Source of the DNA: a virus
Taxonomy: Duplodnaviria > Caudoviricetes
Direction: 5' to 3' (one strand)
Virus record (IMG/VR): IMGVR_UViG_3300012016_000003
Coordinates: 23,612 to 87,611 of that record
Length of the DNA stretch: 64,000 bases
In this document: positions 56,774-64,000 of the stretch, piece by piece
Layout of the letters: every line of letters begins with the position of its first letter
Position numbering within the stretch: position 1 is the first letter of the stretch
Notes under the pieces: model-generated
The model's input: only the letters and a program-made list of their open reading frames with translations
The model's database searches: none
What the model was told of the DNA's origin: nothing
Translations under genes and position numbers: made by a program

Positions 56774-57358
56774 CTATTTGGCTTGGTCTATAAGCTTGTA
56801 GAACTCACTTCTTGTATCAGGATTTTCCTTAAACACACCAGACAAATGTGCCACTGTCATTGAACCATTATTCTTGACACCACGCATTGTCTTGCATAAG
56901 TGAGTGCCACGCATTACAATAGCCATGCCTTCAACTTGACCATCTAAGGCTTCAGTGAGCATCTTTACAATATCATGTGCCAGTCGTTCTTGCAGTTGTA
57001 ACCTTGCAGCACAATAATTGACAACTCTTGCTATCTTTGAGATACCAAGGATTCTTCCATCCTTTTTAGGTATATATGCAAAGTAGTACTTGCCAAAGAA
57101 AGGCATCATGTGATGTTCACACATGGAATAATAGTCGCCAGTATCAAAGACCATATCAGTAGACTCCATGTCGTTTGCAAATGTGGTTATCTTTGGCTTT
57201 TGTGATGGGTCATAACCACGGAAAATCTCGGCATACATACGCGCTATTCTATCAGGTGTGCCCACAAGACCTTCTCTATCTGGGTCTTCACCTATGGCAG
57301 TCAACAACATTCTTACCGCACGTTCAATATCTTTTGAGTTTGTAGTGACAGTTTCCAT
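56774..57358 (-). CDS. folE: GTP cyclohydrolase I
   Basis: REGLVGTPDRIARM, SMCEHHMMPF, GISKIAR, HLCKTMRGV. Confidence 0.95.
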   Translation of the reverse strand: METVTTNSKDIERAVRMLLTAIGEDPDREGLVGTPDRIARMYAEIFRGYDPSQKPKITTFANDMESTDMVFDTGDYYSMCEHHMMPFFGKYYFAYIPKKDGRILGISKIARVVNYCAARLQLQERLAHDIVKMLTEALDGQVEGMAIVMRGTHLCKTMRGVKNNGSMTVAHLSGVFKENPDTRSEFYKLIDQAK

Positions 57359-57897
57359 TTTGGGTTTTGTTTTATAAATTCAACACATTTATTTATAATC
57401 TCTTTGTTCTTGTATTCATCTCCAGTATCACAAGGTTGGATGTAATAATGTTTGGCAACTATACCAAAATCCGCGACTTTATGAACACCATCAAACACAA
57501 CCTTAACCTCACTAGCCTTATCTACTTTAGGCTCACCAGTAATACCAACAAATGGCTTTTTGGGACTTACTGTCAGCCAGTCCAAGTTAAAAGGAGGGTT
57601 GTGTGTCCCATTGCTCTCCATTGCCACATAATACCCATTCGAGTGTAACAAGTCAATTAGGTGTGTGCAGTCCTGAACAGTAGGTTCACCACCAGTTATG
57701 ACTACAAATTTACATTCATTGGAACATGACTTAACCTCGCAGATGATTTCATTATCGGTCATTTCATCATATCTTGAAAAGTCAGTGTCACAAAATGGAC
57801 ACTTGAGGTTGCAAATGGACAAGCGAATAAAAATGGCTGGAGTACCCGTATGATACCCTTCCCCTTGGATAGAGTAAAAAATTTCATTGACTTTCAT
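57313..57897 (-). CDS. queE: 7-carboxy-7-deazaguanine synthase (radical SAM)
   Basis: EIFYSIQGEG, CNLKCPFCD, ITGGEP, WLTVSPK. Confidence 0.93.
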   Translation of the reverse strand: MKVNEIFYSIQGEGYHTGTPAIFIRLSICNLKCPFCDTDFSRYDEMTDNEIICEVKSCSNECKFVVITGGEPTVQDCTHLIDLLHSNGYYVAMESNGTHNPPFNLDWLTVSPKKPFVGITGEPKVDKASEVKVVFDGVHKVADFGIVAKHYYIQPCDTGDEYKNKEIINKCVEFIKQNPKWKLSLQTQKILNVR

Positions 57898-57899
57898 AA

Positions 57900-58232
57900 C
57901 TAATCCTCCTCGTATATAGCTATGTTACCTTCACTTTCTTGCACACTTGCCTTGTAACATTGAGGTATCTGGTCAACAATCCACCTGGCAATGTTTTCGG
58001 CAGTAGGATTAAATGGAAGCAGCTCATTGAGGTTGCCATGGTCAAGATAACCATGAATCTTATCCTTTATATGTTTGAAATCTATGACCATACCATCTTG
58101 GTTCAATTCCTTTGCCTTGCAATATATAGTAATGTGCCAATTATGACCATGAAGGTTTTCACACTTACTCGTATAACTTAGATTGAGGTGATGACACGCT
58201 GCAATCTCTAATTTTTTGGAAATGTAATACAT
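57900..58232 (-). CDS. queD: 6-carboxytetrahydropterin synthase
   Basis: HHL...CENLHGHNW, IDF, LDH, PTAENIA. Confidence 0.93.
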   Translation of the reverse strand: MYYISKKLEIAACHHLNLSYTSKCENLHGHNWHITIYCKAKELNQDGMVIDFKHIKDKIHGYLDHGNLNELLPFNPTAENIARWIVDQIPQCYKASVQESEGNIAIYEED

Positions 58233-58651
58233 AGTTGTCTATCCTTTTTGTTTCTTAAAAATTTTAACTGTTTGCCAATTCCCATGCCTTCCATCGGAAT
58301 GGTATATTTTTTAAAATATCTTACAAGATATTTCCTATATACTGACCCTGCCAGAATCACAAATTCATCATTTGCAAAATCGCACCCTTTGTCTTGCAGG
58401 CTTTTCAACACACCTTTTGACCATTTTTCTTTTTCTTGTTGGCTTTTGGTAAGAAGGGTTTCATTATATGGCTCTATTTCTTCATTCTCTTCCAACAGTC
58501 CATATTTGGCAGAAAGAATGTAGATTTTGTCAGGGTTAAGGGATTTTGCATAAGAATACATTCCCTTAAATAGGCTTGAAACATACATATCCTTTGCCTT
58601 GCTTGCAATTCCAATTTTTTGTTTTACACAAGAAATCAATACTATCTTCAT
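58208..58651 (-). CDS. DUF6884-like protein
   Basis: LISCVKQK...AKDMYVSSLF...ILSAKYGLL...IEPYNETL; family recalled. Confidence 0.75.
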   Translation of the reverse strand: MKIVLISCVKQKIGIASKAKDMYVSSLFKGMYSYAKSLNPDKIYILSAKYGLLEENEEIEPYNETLLTKSQQEKEKWSKGVLKSLQDKGCDFANDEFVILAGSVYRKYLVRYFKKYTIPMEGMGIGKQLKFLRNKKDRQLCITFPKN

Positions 58652-59301
58652 GACTCATACTTTGTTGTGTCTATTATACCTGCATCATGTAATGCCTCTT
58701 TACGCTCAATACAAGTTCCACACTTTCCACAATGTCTTTCACCACCTTTGTAACAACTATATGTCTTTGAATAATCCAAGCCCAGATTCTTTCCTATCAT
58801 GGCTATTTGAGTCTTGGTGATTGAAGTATATGGTGCATATATTTTGACATTTTTATATGTGCCATACTCCATTGCCTTTGACATTGATTCAATAAATGCC
58901 GGACGACAATCTGGATAGATTGAATGGTCGCCTGAATGATTGGCAATGAGAACCTTTCCAAGTCCATTGCTTTCAGCTATGCCGCATGCTATGCTCAACA
59001 TTATCCCATTCCTAAATGGAACAACTGTAGATTTCATGTTTTCATCCTGATAGTGTCCATCTGGAACTGCTTCTGCCCCATCCAAAAGTGATGATTTGAA
59101 GTACTTTCCCATAAAATCAAGTGGGATGACAATATGTGCAATGTCAAGCTGTCGACAATGGTATTTTGCATATTCCAATTCCCTTTTGTTGTGATTGCTC
59201 CCATAGTCAAATGTGATGGCAAGAGCTATTTCATCTTTCTTGTCATATAGAAGTGTAACACTATCCATGCCACCACTTAAAATAATTACTGAATCTTTCA
59301 T
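58648..59301 (-). CDS. queC: 7-cyano-7-deazaguanine synthase
   Basis: SGGMDS, VPFRN, YPDCR, CGKCGTC. Confidence 0.95.
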   Translation of the reverse strand: MKDSVIILSGGMDSVTLLYDKKDEIALAITFDYGSNHNKRELEYAKYHCRQLDIAHIVIPLDFMGKYFKSSLLDGAEAVPDGHYQDENMKSTVVPFRNGIMLSIACGIAESNGLGKVLIANHSGDHSIYPDCRPAFIESMSKAMEYGTYKNVKIYAPYTSITKTQIAMIGKNLGLDYSKTYSCYKGGERHCGKCGTCIERKEALHDAGIIDTTKYES

Positions 59302-59316
59302 AATAATAAAAATTTA

Positions 59317-60189
59317 TTAGTTATACATCCATTTAAAATCTTGTTGACCACATATCTTTTGAGTCTTATGTTTCCACCATTCCAGATTTACACACATTGC
59401 ATTGGTTGGGATTTCCTTTCCACTCTTAATTGATTCATACCTTTCGCAACCTACCATTCTTTTTACTTTCTGCGTGTCAAGATTCTCAGTCCTATAAAAA
59501 TTGTCTATCTCTCCAAACCGTCTGGCAGACAACCATGTTATCGAATCACAACTTGTGCAGAAATTAAATTTTTTGATGTGTGCAAAGTCAGTAAAACCCA
59601 GCAGATGAATGTCTATGTCGGGGTTCTTGTTCTTTATGTATCTTGCAATAGGCAAGGCATAGTCCGACTTTCCCGCACTCCTTAGTTCTGGGAGTCCTAT
59701 TGCAATGTAACTGGAAAACTCAATCATCCTATCTAGTCCACTAAGCCCATCTTCCAAGTGCCACACGTTGATAATACGGTTATGGGGAAGGTCTGCCCTC
59801 ATTCTCTCTCTCAGCTTCCATGTTTCCTCTACACCTATAATTGCCTGGGCATCAACCTCCACACAAGTTATAGGGTTATTATGACCCAATGTCCACTCTA
59901 TGAGTGCATCATACCACTTAAATACAAGTTCAGGCTTTACTTTCCCTTTATATTTCCCAAATAACATACTGAACAATCCGCTATCCTGAATGACATGCTT
60001 CATGTTTGGTGCAAGAAAGTTTGGGACTTCATAGGAATCCTTATCTTTGGATATTTTCCTCTCTATAAACGGGAATGCTGAATATAGAGTGTAGTTTATG
60101 CCCATTTCATTAAGTATTCTTGCATCACTTATATTTTCACTTCCAGCGAAGTGGATTTTTATATTCTGCGGCAAATGTAACTGTTCCAT
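59317..60189 (-). CDS. DpdA/TGT-fold deazaguanine DNA transglycosylase-like protein, copy B
   Basis: QDSGLF, IHLLG and SCDSITW motifs inside the preQ0 cluster. Confidence 0.7.
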   Translation of the reverse strand: MEQLHLPQNIKIHFAGSENISDARILNEMGINYTLYSAFPFIERKISKDKDSYEVPNFLAPNMKHVIQDSGLFSMLFGKYKGKVKPELVFKWYDALIEWTLGHNNPITCVEVDAQAIIGVEETWKLRERMRADLPHNRIINVWHLEDGLSGLDRMIEFSSYIAIGLPELRSAGKSDYALPIARYIKNKNPDIDIHLLGFTDFAHIKKFNFCTSCDSITWLSARRFGEIDNFYRTENLDTQKVKRMVGCERYESIKSGKEIPTNAMCVNLEWWKHKTQKICGQQDFKWMYN

Positions 60190-60210
60190 ATATTATATAT
60201 TAAATAACTG

Positions 60211-61089
60211 TCAGTTTTTATAATCTTGATTCCCGGCATTTTTTTCATACAGCCTCTTTTCTTTCTCTATTGATGCGCAGGCTATCCTATTATTCTCTTC
60301 ATGGTCATAACTGTCACATATATTATTCCAGTGTTCAACTCCTATCATTTTGGCAATTTTGGGAGTGTCAAGGAATGAAACCTTTTCATATAACAAGTGC
60401 CCATATCTTATAGGATGAATCCAAAATGAACTGTCACTGCTTGTGCAACAATATCTGCATTTCCTTATCATATTGCTGTCAGTACAACCGAGCAAGTGAA
60501 TGTCAATCTGCGGCTTCTTCCTTTTGATATAATTTGCAAGAGGTGATACATAACCAAAAAATCCAAGACCCTTCAATTCTGGGACTCCTATGGCTATATA
60601 ATCTGCAAATTCTATAAGTCTATCCAACCCATACTGACCATCTTCCAAGTGCCAGACATTGATGATTCTATTGTCAGGCAGGTCATTCACCATCCTTTCC
60701 CTTAGATTCCAGACCTCATCGACTCCAATTATGGATTGTGCATCAACTTCCACACAAGTAACACCCTGTCCATGTCCAATAGTCCAATCAACAAGTGCAT
60801 CATACCACTTATAAACATCTTTCTTCTCAGCCTTCCCCTTAAAACTTCCAAATAGAAGGCTATATAAACCACTGTCTTGAATGACATGGTTAAAATTTTG
60901 GAACAAGAAAGATGGGACATCACTCATGTCTTGCTTGTTTTTCTTCCCATAGACTTTTTTAAAGATAAAAGGGAATGCAGAATATAGTGTATAGGAAATC
61001 CCCATTTCTTTCATGATAAGCGCATGGTGTCTATCTTCTGCACCCGCAAAATGAACCTTTATATTATCTGGCAAGTGAAGCTGTTCCAT
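60211..61089 (-). CDS. DpdA/TGT-fold deazaguanine DNA transglycosylase-like protein, copy A
   Basis: QDSGLY, IHLLG and SSDSSFW motifs; clear paralog of copy B. Confidence 0.7.
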   Translation of the reverse strand: MEQLHLPDNIKVHFAGAEDRHHALIMKEMGISYTLYSAFPFIFKKVYGKKNKQDMSDVPSFLFQNFNHVIQDSGLYSLLFGSFKGKAEKKDVYKWYDALVDWTIGHGQGVTCVEVDAQSIIGVDEVWNLRERMVNDLPDNRIINVWHLEDGQYGLDRLIEFADYIAIGVPELKGLGFFGYVSPLANYIKRKKPQIDIHLLGCTDSNMIRKCRYCCTSSDSSFWIHPIRYGHLLYEKVSFLDTPKIAKMIGVEHWNNICDSYDHEENNRIACASIEKEKRLYEKNAGNQDYKN

Positions 61090-61596
61090 CTATTCAAACA
61101 ATGACAACTGTTCATTTGATACAAATTCCTTATTACCAGACTTCTTAACCTTTGGTACAACATCATCCTTAAATAAGTCCTCAATTTTCAGTTCTTTCAC
61201 AAGGCATTCATGACCTCCCCACTTTCTTGGGTCAAAAGACAGTCTTTTTTGCATTGCCAAACACAATGTATCAGCATCCCAATCCAAGTTCTTCTCTTGG
61301 GCAAGGTTATCAACCAGTGCAAGTTCCAAGCCCTTTGTTTCATCTGCATCAACATCAGTCCTCTTGACTATGATTAATGTATCTCCATCAGTTTCAATGG
61401 TCAAAATCCTTTTCCCCAACTCCTTGGCGGCCTTGTAGACATCATTCCCTGATATTATAGTTCCATTTTTGTCTGCCAATATAGAACGGCCACACCCTAA
61501 TTCTTGCAAGGAATGTTTTATCAGGTCATAACCAAACCTTGTTCCCTTGTTGAATCTATTGTTATTTTGTTCCACTTTCAAATAAGAATACCCCAA
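61090..61596 (-). CDS. ParB-like N-terminal domain protein
   Basis: IKHSLQELGCGRSILADKNGTIISGN...ELALVDN; the TTG start is uncertain. Confidence 0.65.
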   Translation of the reverse strand: MGYSYLKVEQNNNRFNKGTRFGYDLIKHSLQELGCGRSILADKNGTIISGNDVYKAAKELGKRILTIETDGDTLIIVKRTDVDADETKGLELALVDNLAQEKNLDWDADTLCLAMQKRLSFDPRKWGGHECLVKELKIEDLFKDDVVPKVKKSGNKEFVSNEQLSLFE

Positions 61597-61672
61597 TCAA
61601 GTGGGATAGTGCGAGTATCACCAGCTTGAAAGGGGTTATAAATTTATTACATTTGCAGCCTCGCACGCTGCA
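61588..61672 (-). promoter_or_regulatory. Kissing-loop structured leader of the modification operon
   Basis: Loop GTGCGAG of the first hairpin is complementary to loop CTCGCAC of the second. Confidence 0.55.
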
Positions 61673-61688
61673 TTCAAATTCTATCTTG

Positions 61689-61719
61689 CAAAAATACTAA
61701 AGTTGTCTATATATGCAAA
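61689..61719 (-). promoter_or_regulatory. Bacteroidota promoter for the modification operon
   Basis: TTTG, 19-nt spacer, TATTTTTG on the minus strand. Confidence 0.7.
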
Positions 61720-61762
61720 GTTTTTTAGATATTTTTAAGTTAAAATATCTTTAATTGAACCA

Positions 61763-62103
61763 TCATTTCTTATTCCTATGCAACAATGCACCAACCTTGG
61801 AATAGATACCAACATGCCTCAATGTCTTCAACCTTTCAAAAGTACCATCATTGGTACACTGGCGATAGCTTTTGCCGATGACATTCGGAACATCCTTCCT
61901 TGCAAGCCTTTCATCATCAACACACCTTGAAAGCATCTCACCTCCTTCAAGGTAGCCTCACACTCACCCTTCTTGTTTGCACTTATAAGCCCATCCACAT
62001 CTATCCCATGCTTCCTTGCCATGTACCGCAACCTACCAAGATAGGCACGGCACAAGGCTTGAAGCGCACCATTAAAGCTTTTCCTCTTCATCTTTGCCAT
62101 CAT
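61763..62103 (-). pseudogene. Hypothetical gene with an apparent single-base frameshift near 61938
   Basis: ...EATLKEV in one frame continues as MLSRCVDDERLARKDVP...GIYSKVGALL in another. Confidence 0.5.
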
Positions 62104-62278
62104 CCTTCCAGTTCCAGCGACCAGTCATGATAAACTCAAAGACAGCCTCAGCGATAGGGTTGTAGTCCTCTATGTAGCTTCTTCCCGTCATAACGAAATA
62201 CATGGGTATGGCTATGAGGTCAACCCAAAAGACAAGAGCAACAGCAACAACAGCCAAGAATCTTCTTGCATACACCAT
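62072..62278 (-). CDS. Small membrane protein
   Basis: N-terminal hydrophobic helix. Confidence 0.6.
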   Translation of the reverse strand: MVYARRFLAVVAVALVFWVDLIAIPMYFVMTGRSYIEDYNPIAEAVFEFIMTGRWNWKDDGKDEEEKL

Positions 62279-62302
62279 AGTACATCATATTTTAGGGTTA
62301 GA

Positions 62303-62740
62303 CTAGAAAGGCAGGTCATCATTGTTTATTGGTGGAGGAACTGGGTCGCCATGCCTTAGCGCATGCTGAGGGTCTGGCATAGGACTGTCTTGCATTATTT
62401 GTGGAGGGTTCTGCACACGCTCTATCAACTGTTCCTCATTTACGCTTGCAACACGTGCCGTACCACCGTCAAGGCTCTGCGCACGCCAAGCACTCGCATC
62501 AGTAAACCACTTACCATTCCATTCACGGCTCTCTACATCGAAGGAAACAGTATAACTTCCACCGACAACAATGTTCATCATCTTGAACCTTTCCTCACCC
62601 ATGACCGAAAAGGCTACCTTCTTAGGGTACTGACCTAATGTTTCCCCAACAAAGATGTTCTTGACATAGGTTTCCCCATTCTTCTGGGATACGAACCTCT
62701 GCGCATCCAAAATCTTTAAAACTTTTACTTGTAAATCCAT
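62303..62740 (-). CDS. DUF3127-like OB-fold ssDNA-binding protein
   Basis: GQYPKKVAF...VSFDVESREWNGKWFT and a DDLPF tail. Confidence 0.8.
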   Translation of the reverse strand: MDLQVKVLKILDAQRFVSQKNGETYVKNIFVGETLGQYPKKVAFSVMGEERFKMMNIVVGGSYTVSFDVESREWNGKWFTDASAWRAQSLDGGTARVASVNEEQLIERVQNPPQIMQDSPMPDPQHALRHGDPVPPPINNDDLPF

Positions 62741-62755
62741 AAATCCAAAAAATTA

Positions 62756-62953
62756 TTATAAATTATTATTAAAATCCCACCAAGCCTTGTAGACCCTATC
62801 ATGCTGGTCTGCCGCAACCTTCCACACAACACCAGTGAAATGGATGCAAAAGTACTTGTCTTCAGCATTCGGGTGGTTTATCGCTATAATCTTACCCAAG
62901 TCAACCGTCACCTTGTGGCTCTGGTAAGTAAAAGTAAACAGTCTATTCTTCAT
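62756..62953 (-). CDS. Hypothetical protein
   Basis: 65-aa ORF in the operon. Confidence 0.6.
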   Translation of the reverse strand: MKNRLFTFTYQSHKVTVDLGKIIAINHPNAEDKYFCIHFTGVVWKVAADQHDRVYKAWWDFNNNL

Positions 62954-63065
62954 AATTATGCCGTTTTTGCCCGTTTATTTGCCATCTAAGCCACTTTTAC
63001 CCCAAGGGTGGATAAATTGCCCACCAAAGAAAAAATCGGGGCTTAGAAAGCATTTAAATGGTTTG

Positions 63066-63638
63066 TTAGTACTTTTTACCGTGCTTGTATGCACATCCTT
63101 CATTGTATTTCATCTTCAAATCTATGTGAGTGGCAAGGTCTACGCCAAGAAAAACAGCCCAGTGATGGATAAATCCAAGGATACTGCCGAAAAGTCCCTC
63201 CAGCTTAGCACCGTCATCCCCCTCATTATACATACACAACAACTGAACCAAGTGATAGGCTTGTTCCGTAAGCGTCATGTCACCGAAAAGCTTGCCCCAC
63301 TCCACTCGCATATCATCCCAGTCATCAAACGGAGGCACATAAGGCTTAATGCCAAAACAACCGCACATATCAAAAAGACGGATGCAGACATCTGCCAACT
63401 CATCCTCCATCGTGTCCTTTATGTGACATTTAAAGCCATCATCAAAAGCACGGTCGCTAAACTTAGAAAACAATTCAAAGCTGGCACGCCTAGACTTTCT
63501 ATCCGCTTCTACACACTCACCAACCTCGCCTACAACCAACATCATCTGGTGGCAAAAACTAGTCTTCTCTTCATGGAAACCATGCTCACAAGCAGTCTTG
63601 TACGCACGCTCAATAAATTCATCAATCCTTTCTAACAT
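63066..63638 (-). CDS. MazG-like nucleotide pyrophosphohydrolase
   Basis: MLVVGEVGECVEADRK, EDELADVCIRLFD and KMKYNE...HGKKY. Confidence 0.8.
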   Translation of the reverse strand: MLERIDEFIERAYKTACEHGFHEEKTSFCHQMMLVVGEVGECVEADRKSRRASFELFSKFSDRAFDDGFKCHIKDTMEDELADVCIRLFDMCGCFGIKPYVPPFDDWDDMRVEWGKLFGDMTLTEQAYHLVQLLCMYNEGDDGAKLEGLFGSILGFIHHWAVFLGVDLATHIDLKMKYNEGCAYKHGKKY

Positions 63639-63688
63639 AATACTAAAATTATAACATTAAAACTAGATTATATAACAATTCACGATTG

Positions 63689-63696
63689 CAAATATA
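63689..63696 (-). promoter_or_regulatory. -7 promoter element
   Basis: TATATTTG on the minus strand, about 50 nt upstream of the MazG-like ATG. Confidence 0.55.
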
Positions 63697-64000
63697 TAAC
63701 TTTATATCTAAAGTAAACACTATATAAAGACAACTTTTAATAAAATTTCACACTTATAAAGGTTTCTTTATATTTATAAAGTAAACTATTTTAAATAAGA
63801 TATACACTATAATATATACAGTATACTATCCTAAAATAATATACTATTATTAAAGTAAATCTTCATTAAGGTAAACTTATTACACACATGATTTTTTCAA
63901 AAATTTTTTTTCTTTTTTTTAAAAAATTTTCGATTTTTCGATTTTTAAAATTTTTATTTTTTTCTTTTTTTCGGAAATCAAGGTTTGCACCATATAGTTT

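Noticed and set aside
61090-61596. Plasmid-prophage partition system
   Set aside because: No ParA; the ParB-like domain lies in the DNA-modification operon, where such domains are common.
61588-61672. Known preQ1 riboswitch ahead of the que genes
   Set aside because: No class I loop or A-rich tail, and no fit to class II or III as I recall them.
62985-63045. tRNA-like element after the MazG-like gene
   Set aside because: It folds as a single long hairpin (CTAAGCC/GGCTTAG, GGTGG/CCACC) with no cloverleaf; probably a terminator or stabiliser.
62958-63635. 225-aa plus-strand ORF
   Set aside because: Antisense to the clear MazG-like gene.
1-64000. Stop-codon reassignment
   Set aside because: Genes tile densely under code 11, TAG, TGA and TAA all end real genes, and the only good tRNA is Gln(TTG), not a suppressor.
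1-64000. CRISPR array
   Set aside because: No regularly spaced direct repeats with unique spacers were seen.

Overview
This window looks like most or all of a tailed dsDNA phage genome (siphovirus-like) with a Bacteroidota host. The host call rests on repeated TTTG-N18-20-TAnnTTTG promoters and on gene types typical of Bacteroides/Prevotella phages. From left to right: (1) 1-9.5 kb, + strand: small early/middle genes, tRNA-Gln(TTG), two aberrant tRNA-like elements, a DNA polymerase III beta clamp and a RuvC-like resolvase. (2) 9.6-13.3 kb, - strand: a six-gene module of unknown function, interrupted by an antisense NUMOD4-HNH cassette. (3) 13.8-35.6 kb, - strand: terminase, portal, lysis genes, tail tip, a 2417-aa CotH-kinase-like/LRR protein and a beta-helix tailspike. 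(4) 35.8-49.4 kb, + strand: scaffold, capsid, tail tube, frameshifted chaperone, tape measure and distal tail genes. (5) 49.5-63.6 kb, - strand: primase-helicase, two DNA methyltransferases, a PAPS-reductase-like gene and a 7-deazaguanine DNA-modification cluster (folE, queE, queD, queC, DUF6884-like, two tandem DpdA/TGT-like paralogs, ParB-like). The most notable observations are these. The only recognisable endolysin is split between its presumed catalytic His and Cys by an HNH-carrying insertion with no recognisable group I/II core. Two HNH genes share a covarying three-way-junction leader RNA, and a related kissing-loop leader precedes the modification operon. The six-gene module encodes a Gly-rich membrane/coiled-coil protein and a metalloprotease. 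No integrase, DNA polymerase, reverse transcriptase or CRISPR array was seen. Family names come from motif recognition and recall, not from database searches, and RNA structures were folded by eye.
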